From contig CM022671.1 in assembly GCA_012295275.1 (NCBI GenBank), positions 24,056,001-24,120,000 on the forward strand: a stretch of 64,000 nt of DNA, in the 5' to 3' direction. Source of the stretch: Chrysomallon squamiferum (lineage: Eukaryota > Animalia > Mollusca). Numbering within the stretch: position 1 is the stretch's first letter; each line of letters starts with the position of its first letter. Below, piece after piece: positions 27,922 through 49,194 of the stretch. The translations under genes and the position numbers were made by a program. Below the pieces are notes generated by a model that was given only the letters and a program-made list of their open reading frames with translations, was not told where the DNA came from and ran no database searches.

Positions 27922-27979
27922 AGTCTGGTATCCGATACAAATGCAAAATACCAGCAATTAAAAACAACATCCATTTCAT
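27922..27979 (-). other. Candidate signal-peptide exon of an unrelated leader type (MKWMLFLIAGILHLYRIPD, phase-1 GTAAGA donor)
   Basis: ATG, basic residue, hydrophobic run, then T|GTAAGA. Homologous blocks without the ATG recur at ~35670, 42527, 48535, 56231 and 63377. Confidence 0.4.
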
Positions 27980-30129
27980 CTAATTTCACGCCTAAAATAT
28001 TCCCATACGATCTAAAAGGGAGAAGAGTAGGTTTTTGCCCACCTGGTTCGATTTTTAATGCTCATTAGACCTTACGATTCTACGTATGTGTCAGTCTCTC
28101 AGTTAAAGAATAATTTGTTTAATCTAATGATTTTTCATGATCTGTAACAAGTCTGCCGATTCCAACCACACGATCGTTAACTTTATTTCACTGTAAATAA
28201 ACTATCTACAATCAGTTGTCATTTGTTTTTGTTTTTTTATTTTTTTTTTTTTTTAATAGTTAGCCTTCATTTATATCAATATTTATCATGCATATGTGTT
28301 TATCTATTTGTTTGTCTATCTATCTGTCTGTCTCTCTCTCTCTCTCTCTCTCCCTTTCTCTCTCTCACACACACACACTCTCTCTCTCTATAGATATATT
28401 TAAACAAAGTCACTAACACACATACTCTTTCTATCAATAAAATATACACAACATAACAAAAATAGCAAAAAACAAACAATAACAGAAACAACAAAACATT
28501 ATTTACTTCGTCATTTGTGCCTATGTGTATATTAAAATAATAACCAGCTAAACTGGGTAGCAAATCTATAAATGTTCTGATACTGAATAACACATTTGTT
28601 CAAGTTATTGAAAAGATACGTATATTCTTGAAATACATTCAATGTTCTGTAGACTGTGCTGAATTGCTAATGATGTTGTTAAATTACATCAGTTGTAATA
28701 TCATTCATTTGAAGAAAAGGAATAACTATTAGTGTTATAAATTAGAAAACATAAGCTCATTTGATTACACTTCAGTATAACTGAAAACCATCTTAAATAA
28801 TAATAAATAAAAAAAACTAAGGCTAAGTCAAATCTCAGAAAATCAGTAAATAATTATTATGTCAAATGAACCGAAACACAGCGGATTTTTGGTAAATATA
28901 ATTATTTCTGTAATTTCCTCCCTCGTAGATAAAATATGATACAAAATGTTTTTGACATCAAACTATGCGTAATAAAAAATTAATGTTTTAAATTTAATTA
29001 TCTTATTTTAATAGTTCAGTAGAAATTACATCTAAGTTTAAATTGAAATAGTATTATATTTATATGTATGACTGTGTGTATGTATGGATGTATGTAGTGA
29101 AAGAATATTCAGTTATCATATGTACAAGTATTTAGACAGGCACAGAAAGGCAAAATCAATTAACAGACTCACAGACGTCAGACAGAGATGACGAGACTCG
29201 AATGTATGCGAAACATACGTTATATTCATCATATGTGTGTATGTATGTATGTACGTATGTATGTATGTAAATATGCATGTGTCTGTGCAAGTATGTATGA
29301 ATGTATATATGTGTGGATAGACTGTAATGCAGATTAGCATGTTAATGGCATTTAGAAACACTATTTAATTATTATAATACTACCGTCATCCACTAGATAA
29401 ACAACCTCAACAGAGAATTCAGCTTCACTATTTATTAATTATTTCACAAACACGTTTGTAATTATGCACGCACAACTAAATTATCTACGGTTTTTGAGAA
29501 ACCGATATATGAAATGCGGAACAGTTAAAAACGGCAAGGGTCACGGGAGAATCACGATAATAATATTGATATAAGCCGTTAACGACATAGATTGCCCTCC
29601 ATGTTTCTTAGTTTCATAACATATATGAAAAGTATCTTATAAAATTCTGTTGGAAACAATTTACCACAGCACGACTAAAGTGTCGGTGATTCTGCCAGAT
29701 GACCTCCAGGTGCTTGAAAAGGGAACCGCGGGTTATACCACCACCCGCCTATGTCATCAAATCTTCTTCTTTTTCTTTTATTTCTCTGTGTGTGTTTGTG
29801 CTATTTTTTTTTTTTTTTTTTTTTGTTCCCCTATATAGATTATATTGCTGGGGACGTCAAACAAAAAGCCAAACCAGCAATAGCTTCTTGACACAGCTTG
29901 AATTTGTGTTTCTCTTTTTTTCACATGAATATGTCCAAAACTTAACTAAAAAACGAATTAACGTAACTAAAAAACATAACAACTTGAGTTCGTCTTCGTC
30001 GCTGCACAGATATTTTGGTTTAATTGTTGAAACAGAGATGAAATCATCTATCTTCGTCAGAAGTGAAACTACGAATGATCATATTTACAGAGGTTGTTTC
30101 TTATTCAAGATTTTCTGGACGAAGGACCC

Positions 30130-33848
<3,719 letters not shown>

Positions 33849-34456
33849 AGTTCTTGCGAAAATGGTTTACTCTTCGCAACGACAGAACACTATCTATAAA
33901 ACAGCAACAGTAAGTAAACAGTTATTAAGTACCTGTTTTGTCTATATTGATCTAATTATCTATTTATTATTTCATTCTCCTAACAATGTATTATCATAAA
34001 AATAATAATATTAATCGAAGCCAATGTCTTTCAGAGCTGAATTATAAATTATGAAGATAATTGAGCGTAAAAAACGTTTTGGTATTTCATTTCTTCATCC
34101 ATTTGTCCGTTTTCATCATGACTTTAGTAAGATTCTTGTATCTATTTGTTTAGCGTCATCGGTGACCCGTCTAGATAATTAATTCTCTTAAGATATGTTA
34201 GGTATTTGTTTCATAAAATGTTTCATTTTCGTTACAATAATGTTTTTTTTTATTTAATTGATTAACAGTAGTCGTTATTTTCAATGGGCGTAACAACCAA
34301 TGGCTGTATTTATTTCACCTCCTGGTTACAAGCAAAACACATTATTATTATTTCATGGAGATATTGCCGGCACTGATTACTTAATTTGAAACTAATTTCT
34401 GTGGTGAAAATAACGAACAGCATTAGTATCCTCCTAATGATCGTCGTAATCATCGC

Positions 34457-34489
<33 letters not shown>

Positions 34490-36048
34490 CATTATTAATA
34501 TTATATTATTATTACACAGAAAAAAAAAAAAAAAAAAAAAGATTTTTGATTTATAAATCGTACTAATTATTGTACCTAAACCCACTAGAGTTCACTCAGT
34601 TGTCTGATGCTTAAAATTCATATTCTTATCCAAAATATCCTTTTTCCTCTTCTTTCTTTCTTGTTATTTCAAAGTTCATTTCGTCATGGAAGTAAAACAG
34701 TTCTCAGTGTTCTGATATACAGTGTATTTGTACAATATATTCTACGAGAGGATCCAAATAATACATTTTCGCTAATACATTTTCGATATAGTTTGTTTAT
34801 ATAAATATCAGTGGTGCAAATCCAGGTTTATATACTTATTTCTGTCTCTTTAGAGAAATTTGTAGAAAATGCATTTATCTCATTGTGATAATTCTTAGAT
34901 ATCTATATGTTAGATATTATTACTGTGCGTTATTAAAAAAAAAAAATTGTGAAAGAAATAATAGAGGGTAACAATATATTTAACTCTCTTATTTTTTCCC
35001 TCACTCTTTCTTTTACATTCTCTCCGTGTTCTTTCATTTCTTTTTCTTTCTCTCTTTCTCTTTCTGTATCTCTGACTTCACTCTGCTTCATTCTTTCTCT
35101 CTCTGATGGTTTCTATCGCTGAATCACTATTTATTTATTTTATTTTCACCCTTTTTCACTCTCCGTGATGCTGATTATTTTTACATCTATTTCACTTTTT
35201 CTCTTTGGTGTTTATTATTCTGACGACAACAAAAAGGAAGAAAGAAAAAAAAAAAAGAAACCCAGGAAGAAGCTATACCTTTAAATAAGTGAAATGAAAA
35301 AGAACGTGACTGTTATTTCTGCTGAACAAATGACAACAGAGAACTGGCACACTTGAATAAATAATATACGTTCTATTTAATTTTATGAACAATGCCTTTC
35401 CTTTACTACTTCATTTACATTATATGTGTGTATTCAGGATTAGTTTACTGTTGTGTTTATTATTAATAATCTCGGTTAGAGACCACAGTATAAACAACTG
35501 TGTACATCCTATATTTATACACACACGTGAATACACAACAATGACATAGAAATGTTTTTTCTAGTGTGACAGACGAGAGAACAACGAAGAGAAAAACAGA
35601 ATAAAAAAAAAAAGAAGAAGAAAAGGTGAACTAAAGTTATGTGGACATGACTGATAAACAAGAGGCTCTTACAGACTGGTATCCGATACAAATACAAAAT
35701 ACCAGCAATTAATAACTACAACACACAGCAAATATCAGTAATAGCAATTAGTCACAGTAATTTGTTAATCTAGTATTTCAACAGGACTTTTAAAAACCGT
35801 CAGAAATAGTTTAATCAGGTGCCTGATCAGAATGTATAATGCAAAAATCAAACAAAACAAAACAACAACAAAAACATTAATAACATCTAATGCCAGAATT
35901 TAATAACTTATATATTTTTAAATATCCGTAATGTAATTTCTACTGTAACAAATCTGCCAATTCCAACCGCATGCTCGTTAACTACTTTTCATTTAAAATT
36001 AAATTGTCTATAATCGTTTGTTAGTTTTAATATCAATACTTCTAAGAG

Positions 36049-36136
<88 letters not shown>

Positions 36137-37964
36137 ACGGACAGACAGACTCACACATCATCAACAGCAGATAATATCTTCATTCTTTTTACTTCATAAG
36201 TATTTTTAAATTAAACTCTATAAAACCGTTTGTCAGTTTCTTTGTGTTTATTCATGCATAAAATATATATATTATATTGAATAACGTAATGAATTTTATT
36301 GTAACAGATCTATCGATTCCAAGCACTGTTGCGCTAACATTTTTTCACTATAAACTGAAATGTCTAAAACCGATTTAAATTCTTTAATTTGTTTTTTAAA
36401 TTTTAATAATTAACATACATCAATATTTCTTATGTAAATGTATGAACGTGTGTGTTGTGTGCATGTGTGTGTTTAGACACACAAACACAAACCCATATAG
36501 ACACACGTTTTATTAGTAAAGTATCACAAATAACGTGAACAAAAATTAAATTAAAAACAAAAGCTAACTTTTTTCTTTATTCATACTCTTCGATCAGTGT
36601 GTAAATCATAATAATACTGAGTTAATCTGGGTAAGAAATCTATATGTGTTTATATATGTGTGTCTGTGTATGTATCGATGTATATGTTTTAATGTATGTA
36701 GTATGTATACATGTATGTATATATCTATTTATATATATATATATATATGTATCTATATGTCTGTTTTGTGTGTGTGTGTGTGTGTTTGGATTGTTATGTA
36801 GATTAGCAGGATAATAAAAATAATCCATTTTCATTGTGTGCAGTTGTCAAGGTTGCAGTTAGTAAACTGGTCGTTATCACCGTCTAGGGCATGAAGACAT
36901 TTTGATGTATAATTTCAGGCATTAGTAAATAAAAATTTAGATATTACATTATTCTTCTAATACTTCCGTCATCCACTAGATAAACAACAACTACGAGTTC
37001 AGCTTTGCTTATTTATTAACTGCTTCACACACATATTTGTAATTACACAAACGTAAATGCACACTACTAAATTATCTACATTACAGAATTGTTAAAAATG
37101 GGATGGTTCGGGGGAGAATCACATAATAATAACGTTGATATATATATATATATATATATATGAAGACTTTAATTCCAAAACGCGATAAACACCCAAATGA
37201 AAAAAGAAAAAAAAAGAAGAAGAAAAAACGCAACCAAAAGTCCAGCATTTGACGACTGCTCAACGCCAATAATCATTTCCACAAAATTCTATATCTATAA
37301 CAGTCAAAAACGGAATGGGTCAAGGGAGAATCAAGGTAATAATGTTGATAAAATTTTAATTTTAAGTTGTGCTATATATATATATATATATATTATACAA
37401 ATACTATGTTAAACAAATATATATATATTAAACAAATACTACATCAAAACACATATGAAGTTTCGGTGACTCTGCCCGGTGATCTCCTTGTGCTTCAGTG
37501 AAAATCATGGAAACAGACCAGCAACAGCCAAACTTGAGTTTGTGTTTCTTTCTGAACATGAAACTAATGATAACTTGACCGCGAATTAAAGTAACTCAAA
37601 AATATGAAAGCTGTCATTAAAGTTAGTCGTTGCTCATTGTCAATCAGAACTCTCATTATTTACTTAATACATTTCTTTTTTAGCATTTGTCGTTTCAATA
37701 TATTTTCCCTTTTTTATTAATAGAGAGTAGATAATCTCAAGACTATAAAAATTATTACATTAATATGATTGATTATCTATAGTTAGTGTATATAGAAAAT
37801 AAATGTTTCTAAAGTTTCGTAGATATCTGGATTTCATTTTAAAGCCGAAATATTCTTTGTTCGCAACAGCAATAAAAGTAATTTATCATCATTAGTAAAA
37901 TCTCCGATTATCATGTTGATTACCCGTTGATTCTTATTCATAACAATTTCTGGACGAAAAATCC

Positions 37965-38357
37965 CTAACACATATCAGATCCATGGTAATTCCATTCATC
38001 ACTGTTTTCCTTCGTATCATTGAATAAAGGGTTAATTAGAAGCTCGCATTCTTCAGTGTTCAGATTGAAATTGAACGCTAAACATCCCGATTTCTTCAGA
38101 CAGTACAAAGCGCACTGAGAAGGAATTTTCGTAGAAGTGTGGATCTCAGAATTCTTAGTTATTAGTCGAGATTCTGTTGTACGAGGAAAGATTAGAGGCG
38201 CATCACATCCTGAAATAAATACAACAAATATTAAATAAATACAAAAGTGGTTGATTCTATAACATTATGATTGCTGCTGCTGCCAGTACCCATATTAAAT
38301 TACTACAACTTCTGCTATAATTCTACTACTATACCTACTATATCTACTACTACTACT

Positions 38358-38389
<32 letters not shown>

Positions 38390-38895
38390 AATAATAATTA
38401 AAAAAAGAAGAAGAAGAAGATAGGAAGAAGAAAGAAAAATGATGCTATCTTGTACTTTTATTACATTTACTACAACTCCAATTTCTAATACAATTTCTAT
38501 TAATATCGTCTGTACAATTATACTTCTACTGTCACTACTATTATTAAAGCAATATGTTATATATACACACCTGTTTCAATTTCACCATATGCCTTTACTT
38601 CGCACAGTGTTAGCACATCAGTGCCATCAATGAGCTTCCATTTACTGATACGAACGAAACGACCTGGTACATTACGGCTGCAGTCAAATCGTCTGGTCTC
38701 AGCTTTGCCGAGGCTGGGTCCCGTGTAGTTGAAACACACTTCAGAAACTGCAGTAGGACAGCGTTGTGGGTTTTGTGAAAATATTTCAATAACAAAACTG
38801 TGAAGTCTCTGCCCTATAATAATATAAAGGACAACAGGAAAACGTTAATTGAATAATAATAATGATAATGATGATAATAATAATAATGATTGATG

Positions 38896-38982
<87 letters not shown>

Positions 38983-39537
38983 TGCATTTCTTTTGTTAAG
39001 TGTAAATAATATCTCCAATATAGTTCAAAAGTGCATGAAACCATGTTTCCACCATAACACTTCATTTGTTAGAAAAAACAAAAACTAGTCCCAGAATTAA
39101 CGCTGAAATTTATTCGTAAAAGGATTGCATGCTTTCATAGTCATTCATTTGTTTTCTTTATAAATTCATTCATCTGCTATATACGGAAACTAAATACAAT
39201 ATAAAAACTTGAAAAGATATTAAAGGCTATCTTCTAACAGAATGCATCTCCTCTGTTGGTTATTTCAACAGCAGTGATTAGAACATTTGACTGTAGATCA
39301 ACCATCCACCACGGTGTCATGTCGTTGACGTCAGTGTGACTGCATTTGTCAACAATGATATTTGTTTTCATGTTTCCGTCAACAGCATACTCGGAATAGT
39401 AGTCTTCATATACGCTGCTTTGAGTAGTAGGTTTCATCAAGGCTAGGTTCTGATCTGCGTCGCCTGAAAGATTAAAAAGATGGCAAAAATATATGATACC
39501 TAGAGTTTATGAAATATATTAAAGATTTAGGAAGGAG

Positions 39538-39632
<95 letters not shown>

Positions 39633-39792
39633 GAGAGAGAGATTTGACTGTTGTTTTTAGAAAACTGCTGAGGAAAAATGTCAATGGAATTTTTTTTATA
39701 AACTTACCAACAATAACCATAGACATTGTTAGAAAGCATATTCCACAGATACTAAAAGATTTTGTTAACGAAACAGATCTGGAACTTTTCAT
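37965..39792 (-). CDS. F-type lectin + PAN/Apple secreted protein, copy B (~265 aa)
   Basis: Exons 39708-39792, 39239-39463, 38571-38813 and 37965-38209. Motif CSHTD...NRGDAFWQRL. In frame. Confidence 0.9.
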
Positions 39793-42700
39793 AGTTCTTG
39801 TGAAAATGGTTTAGTCTTCGCAACGACAGAAAACTATCAATAAAATAGCAAAAGTAAATACACAATTACTAAATGCCTGTTTTGTCTTTATTTATTGATT
39901 GAACCATCTATTTGTTATTTCATTCTCCTGAGAATGTATTATCATAAAACAATAATATTAATCGTAGCAAATATCTTTCGCAGCTGAATTATAAATTATG
40001 AAAAATATTATTTTAGTTCCTTTTTAATTTGGAGGGCTTTCTTTATTTCGAAATATGTAGGTGTTTAATGGCTGGCTGGTTCCTGTCACAAAGGACATGT
40101 CAGAATAAGGAATCCAGGAGTACTGATTTAATAACTCTTAGAGTAGGATAGAACTAGAAGATGAATCGGTATCAAAATAGCCTGTAACAGACAATGAAAG
40201 ATAGAAATAACACAGCCGGTCACTTGGTACTCTTTTAGCTTCCATTTAAAACATCTCTTCCCGTCCCCGAAGCTAATAAACAGAGCTATTGGTTTCTTCA
40301 TCCATTTTTCAGTTTTCATCATGTCTTTAGTAGGATTCTTTTATCTATTTTAGTGTGATCGGTTACCCTTCTCTGTAACTAATTCTCTTACGGTATCGTT
40401 TATGTTATGTATTTGATTCATAACATGTTTGGAACTTAGGGTGACTTTATTTTTCATTGTCATTACAATAGTGTTTTTTATTTACTTGATTAACAGTAGT
40501 CGTTATTTTCAGTGGGAGTAACGAGCAATGGCTGTATTTATTTCACGTCCTGGTTACAATCGTAAGAGATTACTATTATTTCTTAGAGAAACTGCAGGCA
40601 CTGATTTCTTTCTTTTAATCTAATTTCTGTGGTGAAAATAACGAACAACATTGTCAGAACGCTAGTGATGATGATAATAATCGCCATTATTATTATTATT
40701 ATTGTTATTATTATTATTATTGTTATTATTATTATTATTATGATTATTATAATTGTTATTATTATTATTAGACATAAAAAAATAGATTTTTGATTGATAG
40801 ATCGTTACTAATTATTTTACCTTTAATAATTTCAAAACACACTAGAATTCATTGATTTGAGCGTTGCTTAAAATTCATATTCTTATCCAGTATATACTTT
40901 TTCCTCTTCTTTCTTTCTTGTTATTTCAAAGCTCATTTCGTGATGAAAGTAAAACAGTTCTCGATATTCTAATATTCAAAGTATTTGTAGTTTTCGTATT
41001 TGTACAATATATTCTACGAGAGTATCCACTGTTTTTGGAAGGTCAGTGTTGTTCACTGGTTGTGGATGAATGTTTTCAATATAAAATTTAAATTTGGAAA
41101 TACCTTTTATGTTTAATTAAAGCTACTCAGTGATTTTGTGCCTTATAAATTATTGAATAATTTTTTTTATTTTATTTTTTTTATGTTTTAAACTTATTTT
41201 AGAAAATTGTTTTCTTTACTGCATACGTATTTGTTTTCCTCTCAAAGAAAGTATTGTATTCTAAATTTAACGTCAATACATTTTCATTATTATTTTTTTT
41301 TTTTTACATAAGTATCAGACGTGCAAATCCAGATTTATATTCTTATTTCTATCTATGGTAAATGGATTTGTGTCACTGTGATAAGTTTGAAGTATCTATA
41401 GATACGATTTTATTACTGTGCTTTATTAAAGAAAGAAAAAAGTAAAAATAACAATACATTTATCCGTTATTTTTTCCCCTCGTCCTTTATTTTACTTTCT
41501 CTCCGTTCCTTCAATTCTTTCTCTTTCTCTTTCTCTCTTTCTCGTTCTGTATCTCTGACGTCACTCTACTTCATTTTTTTCTCACTCTGATATTTTCTAT
41601 CGCTGAATCTGTATTTATTTATTTTATTTTGTCCCTTTTTCACTCTCAGTGATGTTCATTATTTTTTACATTATTTCGCTGTTTCTCTATTCTGATAAAA
41701 TGATATACGAGTTTGTCAACGGAAAAAAAAAAAAAAAAAATCCCAGAAAAAACAACTATACCTTTAAATGTGTGAAATGAAGAAGAACGTCATCGTTATT
41801 TCTTCAGTACAAATGACAACACAACCTTTCAGAGAACACTTGAATAAATAATAATATACATTCTATTTAATTTTATGAACAATGCCTTTACTTTACTACT
41901 TCATCTACATTATATATATATGTATTCATGTTATCTACGTATTATCTGTATATATTGTGTGTCTATGTATGCATGTTTGTAAGTTTGTGAGTATGTATAT
42001 ATATGTGTGTGCGTAGATATGTATGTATATACGTTTGTTTTTATGTATGTTTTTATATTATATATACATCCTTTTTTAAGTACTTATGTTTGCAGGTGCG
42101 TACACGCATTTATGAATCTGATTTTAAAGTTTGTGTATGTGTGTGTGTGGGTATATATATATATATATATATATAAGCAATTTTTTTAAACTTGGGCAAG
42201 ATGTAGCAAGGGTTGTGTATTGATTTTTAAAGTCACATATACAAGCTCTACTGCGTCTCGTTGAAGTGTAAGTTAATATATAAATAAAACTGCCTTGTTA
42301 GTTTTCTGTTTTGTTTATTATTAATAATCTCACTTAGCTGTCACAGTAAAAACTGTTGAGTGTATCCATATTCATATATACACGTATATACACCAACAAT
42401 GACCGAGAAACAATTTTTCTAGTGTGACAGATGACAGAACAACGAAAGGAAAAATAGAAGAAAAAAAAGAAGAAGAAAAGGTGAACTAAAGTTATCTGGA
42501 CATGACTGATAAACAAGAGGCTCTTACAGTCTGGTATCCGATACAAATACAAAATACCTGAAATTAATAAATACAACACACAGCAAATATCAGTAAGAGC
42601 AATTAGTCACAGTAATTTATTAATCTAGTATTTCATCAGGACTTTTAAAAACAGTCAGAAATAGTTTAATCAGGTGCCTGATCAGAATGTATAATGCCAA

Positions 42701-43565
42701 AAAAAAAAAAAAAAAAAAAATCTAATATCAAAATTTAATACTTCATATTCTATTAAATTTCCATGATGTAGTGATATTTACTGTACCAAATCTGTCGTTT
42801 CCAACCGCATGCTCTTTATCTATATTTCATTTAAAATTAAATTGTCTATAATCGTTTGTCAGTTTTCAATCTTTCAAACAGATGTATACACACACACACA
42901 CACGAACACCTATATACAGACTCACACATATTATCATCAACAGCAGATAACATCTTCATTCTTTTTACTTTAAAAAAGTTTTTAAATTAGACTGTCTAAA
43001 ACCGTTTGTCAGATTTTTTGTGTTTATTCATGCATAAAAATATATATTTTTACTGAAGAACGTAATGATTTTTATTGTAACAGATCTATCGATTCCAACA
43101 ACTCACGCGTTAACTTTATTTCACTGTAAATTGAACTGTAAAATCGATTGTAAATTCTTTGTTTTGATTTTTAAATTTTAATAATTGACCTTTATATCAA
43201 TATTTCTCATGTATATGTATGTATGTATGTATGCGTGTGTGTGTGAGTGTGGGTGTTAATGTGTGTGTGTTTATTTAGACACACACACAGAAACACGCGC
43301 AGACAAACCTTCTGTGTATAAGGCATGAAAAACAGCGTGAAAACAAATTGGAAAGAAAGTAAACTTTTTTTCTGTCATCGTGCTCTTACTCCAGTGCCCT
43401 AATCGTAATAATAATAATGAGAAACTGGATGAGAAATCTATATGTGTGTGTATGTGTGTCCATGTATGTATCATTGTATATGTTTTAGTGTATGTATGTA
43501 TGTATGTATCTATTTATGTACGAGTGTATGCGTCTATGTGTCTGTTTCATTCTTTTTTGACGTGC

Positions 43566-43602
<37 letters not shown>

Positions 43603-44603
43603 TTGGATTGTAATGTAGATTAGCATGATAATAAAAATAATGCGTTTTCATTGTGTGCAGTTGTCAAGGTTGCAATTAGTAAACTGGTCGTTATCACCAT
43701 CTAGGGCATGAAGACATTTTGCTGTATAATTTCAGGCATTAGAAAATAAAATCTTAGATATCAATTTACAATATCTTATAATACTTCCGTAATCGCGTAG
43801 ATAAACAAACTACACCAAAGTACTCAGCTTTGCTTATTTATTAACTGCTTCACAAACACATTTGTGATTACACAAACATAAATACAGATACTAAGTTATC
43901 TCATTTCCGAACTGTTAAAAATGAGATGGGTCGGGGGAGAATCACATAATAATAATTTTGATATAAATTTTAAGTTGTGCTGTATATATATATATATATT
44001 AAACAAATATGCTGTTAATGACACTTATCATACTGCGTAATTACCGCATCAAATTAAATGTAATTATGCAAAAGAAACTACAGCTTTAATATCTACACAA
44101 CAGTTAGAATCAAGGTAATAATGTTCATATAAATTTCACGTTACGTTTGGTACATATATATATATATTAAACAAATACTACATCAAAACAGATATCGAAA
44201 GTACCGGTGATTCTACCCGGTGATCTCGTGTGAAAAGGTAACCACGGGTTATACAGAACACTCGCAATTAATTACAGGCAATTTATTTACTTACTATAAT
44301 TATTAATACATGACTATTTTAGCATTTGCCAATGCAACATATTTTCCCTTTTTTATTAATAGATAGCAGATAATCTCAAGACTACAAAAATTATTACATT
44401 AATCTGATTTATTATCTATAGTTAGTGTATATAGAAAAGAAATGTATGTAAAGGTTCGTAGATATCTGGGTTTCCTGTTAAAGCCCAAAAGATCTTTACT
44501 CGCCACACCAATAAAAGTAATATATCATCATTAGTCAAATCTCCGATTATCATGTTTATTACACGTTGTTTCTTATTCATAAAATTTTCTGGACGAAAGA
44601 TCT

Positions 44604-46307
<1,704 letters not shown>

Positions 46308-47293
46308 AGTTCTTGTGAAAATGGTTTAGTCTTCACAACGATAGAAATCTATCTATAAAACAGCAACAGCAAGTAATAATTACTAGGTGCGTGTTTTGTC
46401 TTTATTTGTTGATCTAGCCATCTATTTAATTTTTCCTTCATTCTCCTGGGGATGTATTGTCATAAAATAATAATATTAACTGTAGCAAATATCTTTCCCA
46501 GCTGAATTATAAATTGTGAAGAGAGTTATTTAAAATACCCCGTACCTAACAATCAAAGATGAAGTGACACAGCCGGTCACTTGGTACTCTTTTAGCCTGC
46601 AATTAAGAAATCTCTTCCGGTCTCAGAAGCTATTAAACAGAGCTGTTTGTTTGTTCATCCGTTTTTCTGTTTTCATCATCACTTTACTGTTTAATTATTA
46701 TTATTATTATTATTACTAAAAATATAAATGTTTGATTTATATTCGTTACTAATTATTGTACCTTTAATCGTTTCAAAACACACTAGAATTCACTGAGTTG
46801 TCTGATGCTTAAAATTCATATTATGATCCAAAATATTCTGTTTCCACTTCTTCTTTCTCTCTTGTTATTTCAAAGCTCATTATGCGATGAAAGTAAAACG
46901 GTTCTCAGTGTTCTGATATTCAGAGTATTTGTAATTTTCGTATTTGTACAATATATTCTACGGGAGGATCCAGAATTTCTGGAAGGTGGAGGTAACATCA
47001 GTGGAGTTCATTGGTGGTTGAAAAATGTTTTCAACATAAATTTTTAACTGAAAATACCTTTTACGTTTAGTTAAAATTACTTTGTAATGCTAAATTTTAA
47101 TTACTGTTCTCTCTCTGTTTGTCATTCTCTGTCTCTGACTTCACTGTGCTTCATTCTTTGTCTGTCTTTCTGAATCTCTATTTCTTTGATTTTTCTTCTT
47201 TCACTCTTTGTGATGTTGGTTCATTTTATATCTATTTCGCTATTTCTCTTAGGTATTTGCTATTCTGGCGCCTACAAAACGATATTTGATGTA

Positions 47294-47991
47294 GAGTAGT
47301 ACCTTGACTTACGAGTTTAATTCGTTCCGTTGCCGAGCTCGTTTCTCAATTTGCTCGTATATCAAATCAAGTTTAACAACTGAAATTAATTGAGGTACCA
47401 TTAATTCGTTCTGGCTCCGAAAAACCACCCATTTTTTATATAACAAAAATGTATTTATAAAGGATATATATTGTACAAAAACAAAATAAAAGAGACTGTA
47501 AAGAAAGAAATTGGTTTTGTAAAGTTTATTTATCTTGGAGAGCAGACAAATTATTTTAATGCTTTTGGCTTGAGTTACAACGTTTATCGACTCCTTCAGC
47601 TTCAGTATGATACATATCGTAGAAGTAGTACTGCCTAGCCAAGTCGACTATATGCACACCTCACTCATATTTTTCTATGAATTAAAGCTTTAATTCAATG
47701 GACATCATACGTTCTTCTCAGCACTGTCCTTTGCATTCACTTTCTTAGGATCCATGGCAAAAAGAAATTTGGGAAGATGCTGCACAAAACGCGAGCAGAA
47801 CACAACAAAGGTGCTTGCACGGCAAGGTAACAACGTGAAGTAAACGAGTGACACGCGGGATGCTGGCAGGATGTTAGGTTGGTCGCTGCACCAAATAGCG
47901 CCGGTGAATCTGACGCTCGCGCGTAACTCGGATTTTTACTCGTAAGTCAAAAAAGTCGTAAGTTGGGTACTTGTAAGTCGAGGTACCACTG
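47294..47991 (-). mobile_element. Internally deleted Tigger/pogo (Tc1-mariner superfamily) DNA transposon, copy 1
   Basis: ~22 bp TIRs, (G)AGTAGTACCTTGACTTACGAG ... CTTGTAAGTCGAGGTACCACTG, flanked by TA. Frameshifted transposase N-terminus on the minus strand (MDPKKVNAKDSAEK/RMMSIELK/IEKYE*GVHIVDLARQY/TSTICIILK), resembling a CENP-B-type HTH. Confidence 0.88.
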
Positions 47992-48004
47992 TATATAAAA
48001 GACC

Positions 48005-48039
<35 letters not shown>

Positions 48040-49194
48040 CAATGAAGAAGAACGTGACCGTTATTTCTGCATACAAATGACAACAGAACCTTTCAGAAAA
48101 CTAACACACTTGAATAAATAATGTACATTCTATTTAATTTTATGAACAATGCCTTTATTTTATTACTTCATCTACATTGTATGTGTGTATTCATCTTATG
48201 AACGTGTGATGTGTATGTACGCACGAATGTATTTCTGTGTTTATGTATACATATGTGTGTTTGCGTAGATATGCATATATGTACGTTTCTATGCATGTAT
48301 GTTAGTACGTACTTACTTTTGTTTTTATGTTAAGTGCTTCCTTATATATATATATCTGTGTCTGCATGTGCGTGCATGCGTTATGCATCTAATTTTAAAA
48401 GTATTATATATATATATGTATATAATTCTTTCAAATTTGGACAAACTGTAACAAAGATTATCCCTTATCGTGCTAAGAATAAGAAAAAGTGAACTAAAGT
48501 TATGTGGACATAAGTGATAAACAAGAGGCTCTTATAGCCTGGTATCCGATAATAAAAATAAAATACGGGCAATTAATAACTGCAACACACAACAAATATC
48601 ATTAAGAGCAATCAGTCACAGTAATTTGTTAGTCTAGTATTTCATCAGGACATTTAAAAACCGTCAGAAATAGTTTAATCAGCTGCCTGATCAGAATGAA
48701 CGATGCAACAAATTAATATTAATAATATCTAATGTCAGAATTTAATAATTTATAATCTATTACACTAACACAATGTAATGATATTTACTGTAACAAATCT
48801 GGCGATTCCAACCGCATGGTCGTTAACGACATTTCATTCAAAAATTAAATCGTCTATAGTCGTTTGTCAGTTTTTATATCAGTACTTCTGACAGATTTAT
48901 GCACACACACCCACACCCCTCCCCACACACACGCACACACACATATACACACATTGTCATCAACTGCGGATAACATCTTCATCCTGTTTACTTCATAAGT
49001 TTTTAAAAATTAAACTTTCTAAAACCGTTTGTCAGTTTCTTTTTGTTTATTCATGCATGTGAATATACATTATATTGAATAACGTAACGATTTTTATTGT
49101 AACAGATCTATCGATTCCAAGCACTCACGCGTGAACTTTATTTCATTGTAAATCGTGTCTGAAACCGACTGTAAATTCTTTGTTTTCTTTTTCA

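Noticed and set aside
34607-34804. Recurrent + strand ORF MLKIHIL... (also at 40864, 46805, 53439 and 61537)
   Set aside because: It overlaps the duplicated upstream block. Start codons, lengths and ends vary between copies, and the hydrophobic look comes from T-richness.
40128-40322. MMKTEKWMKKP... ORF in a block conserved upstream of each leader
   Set aside because: Homologous blocks in A, C and E contain stops or shifted frames. At most it is a non-coding UTR exon or relic.
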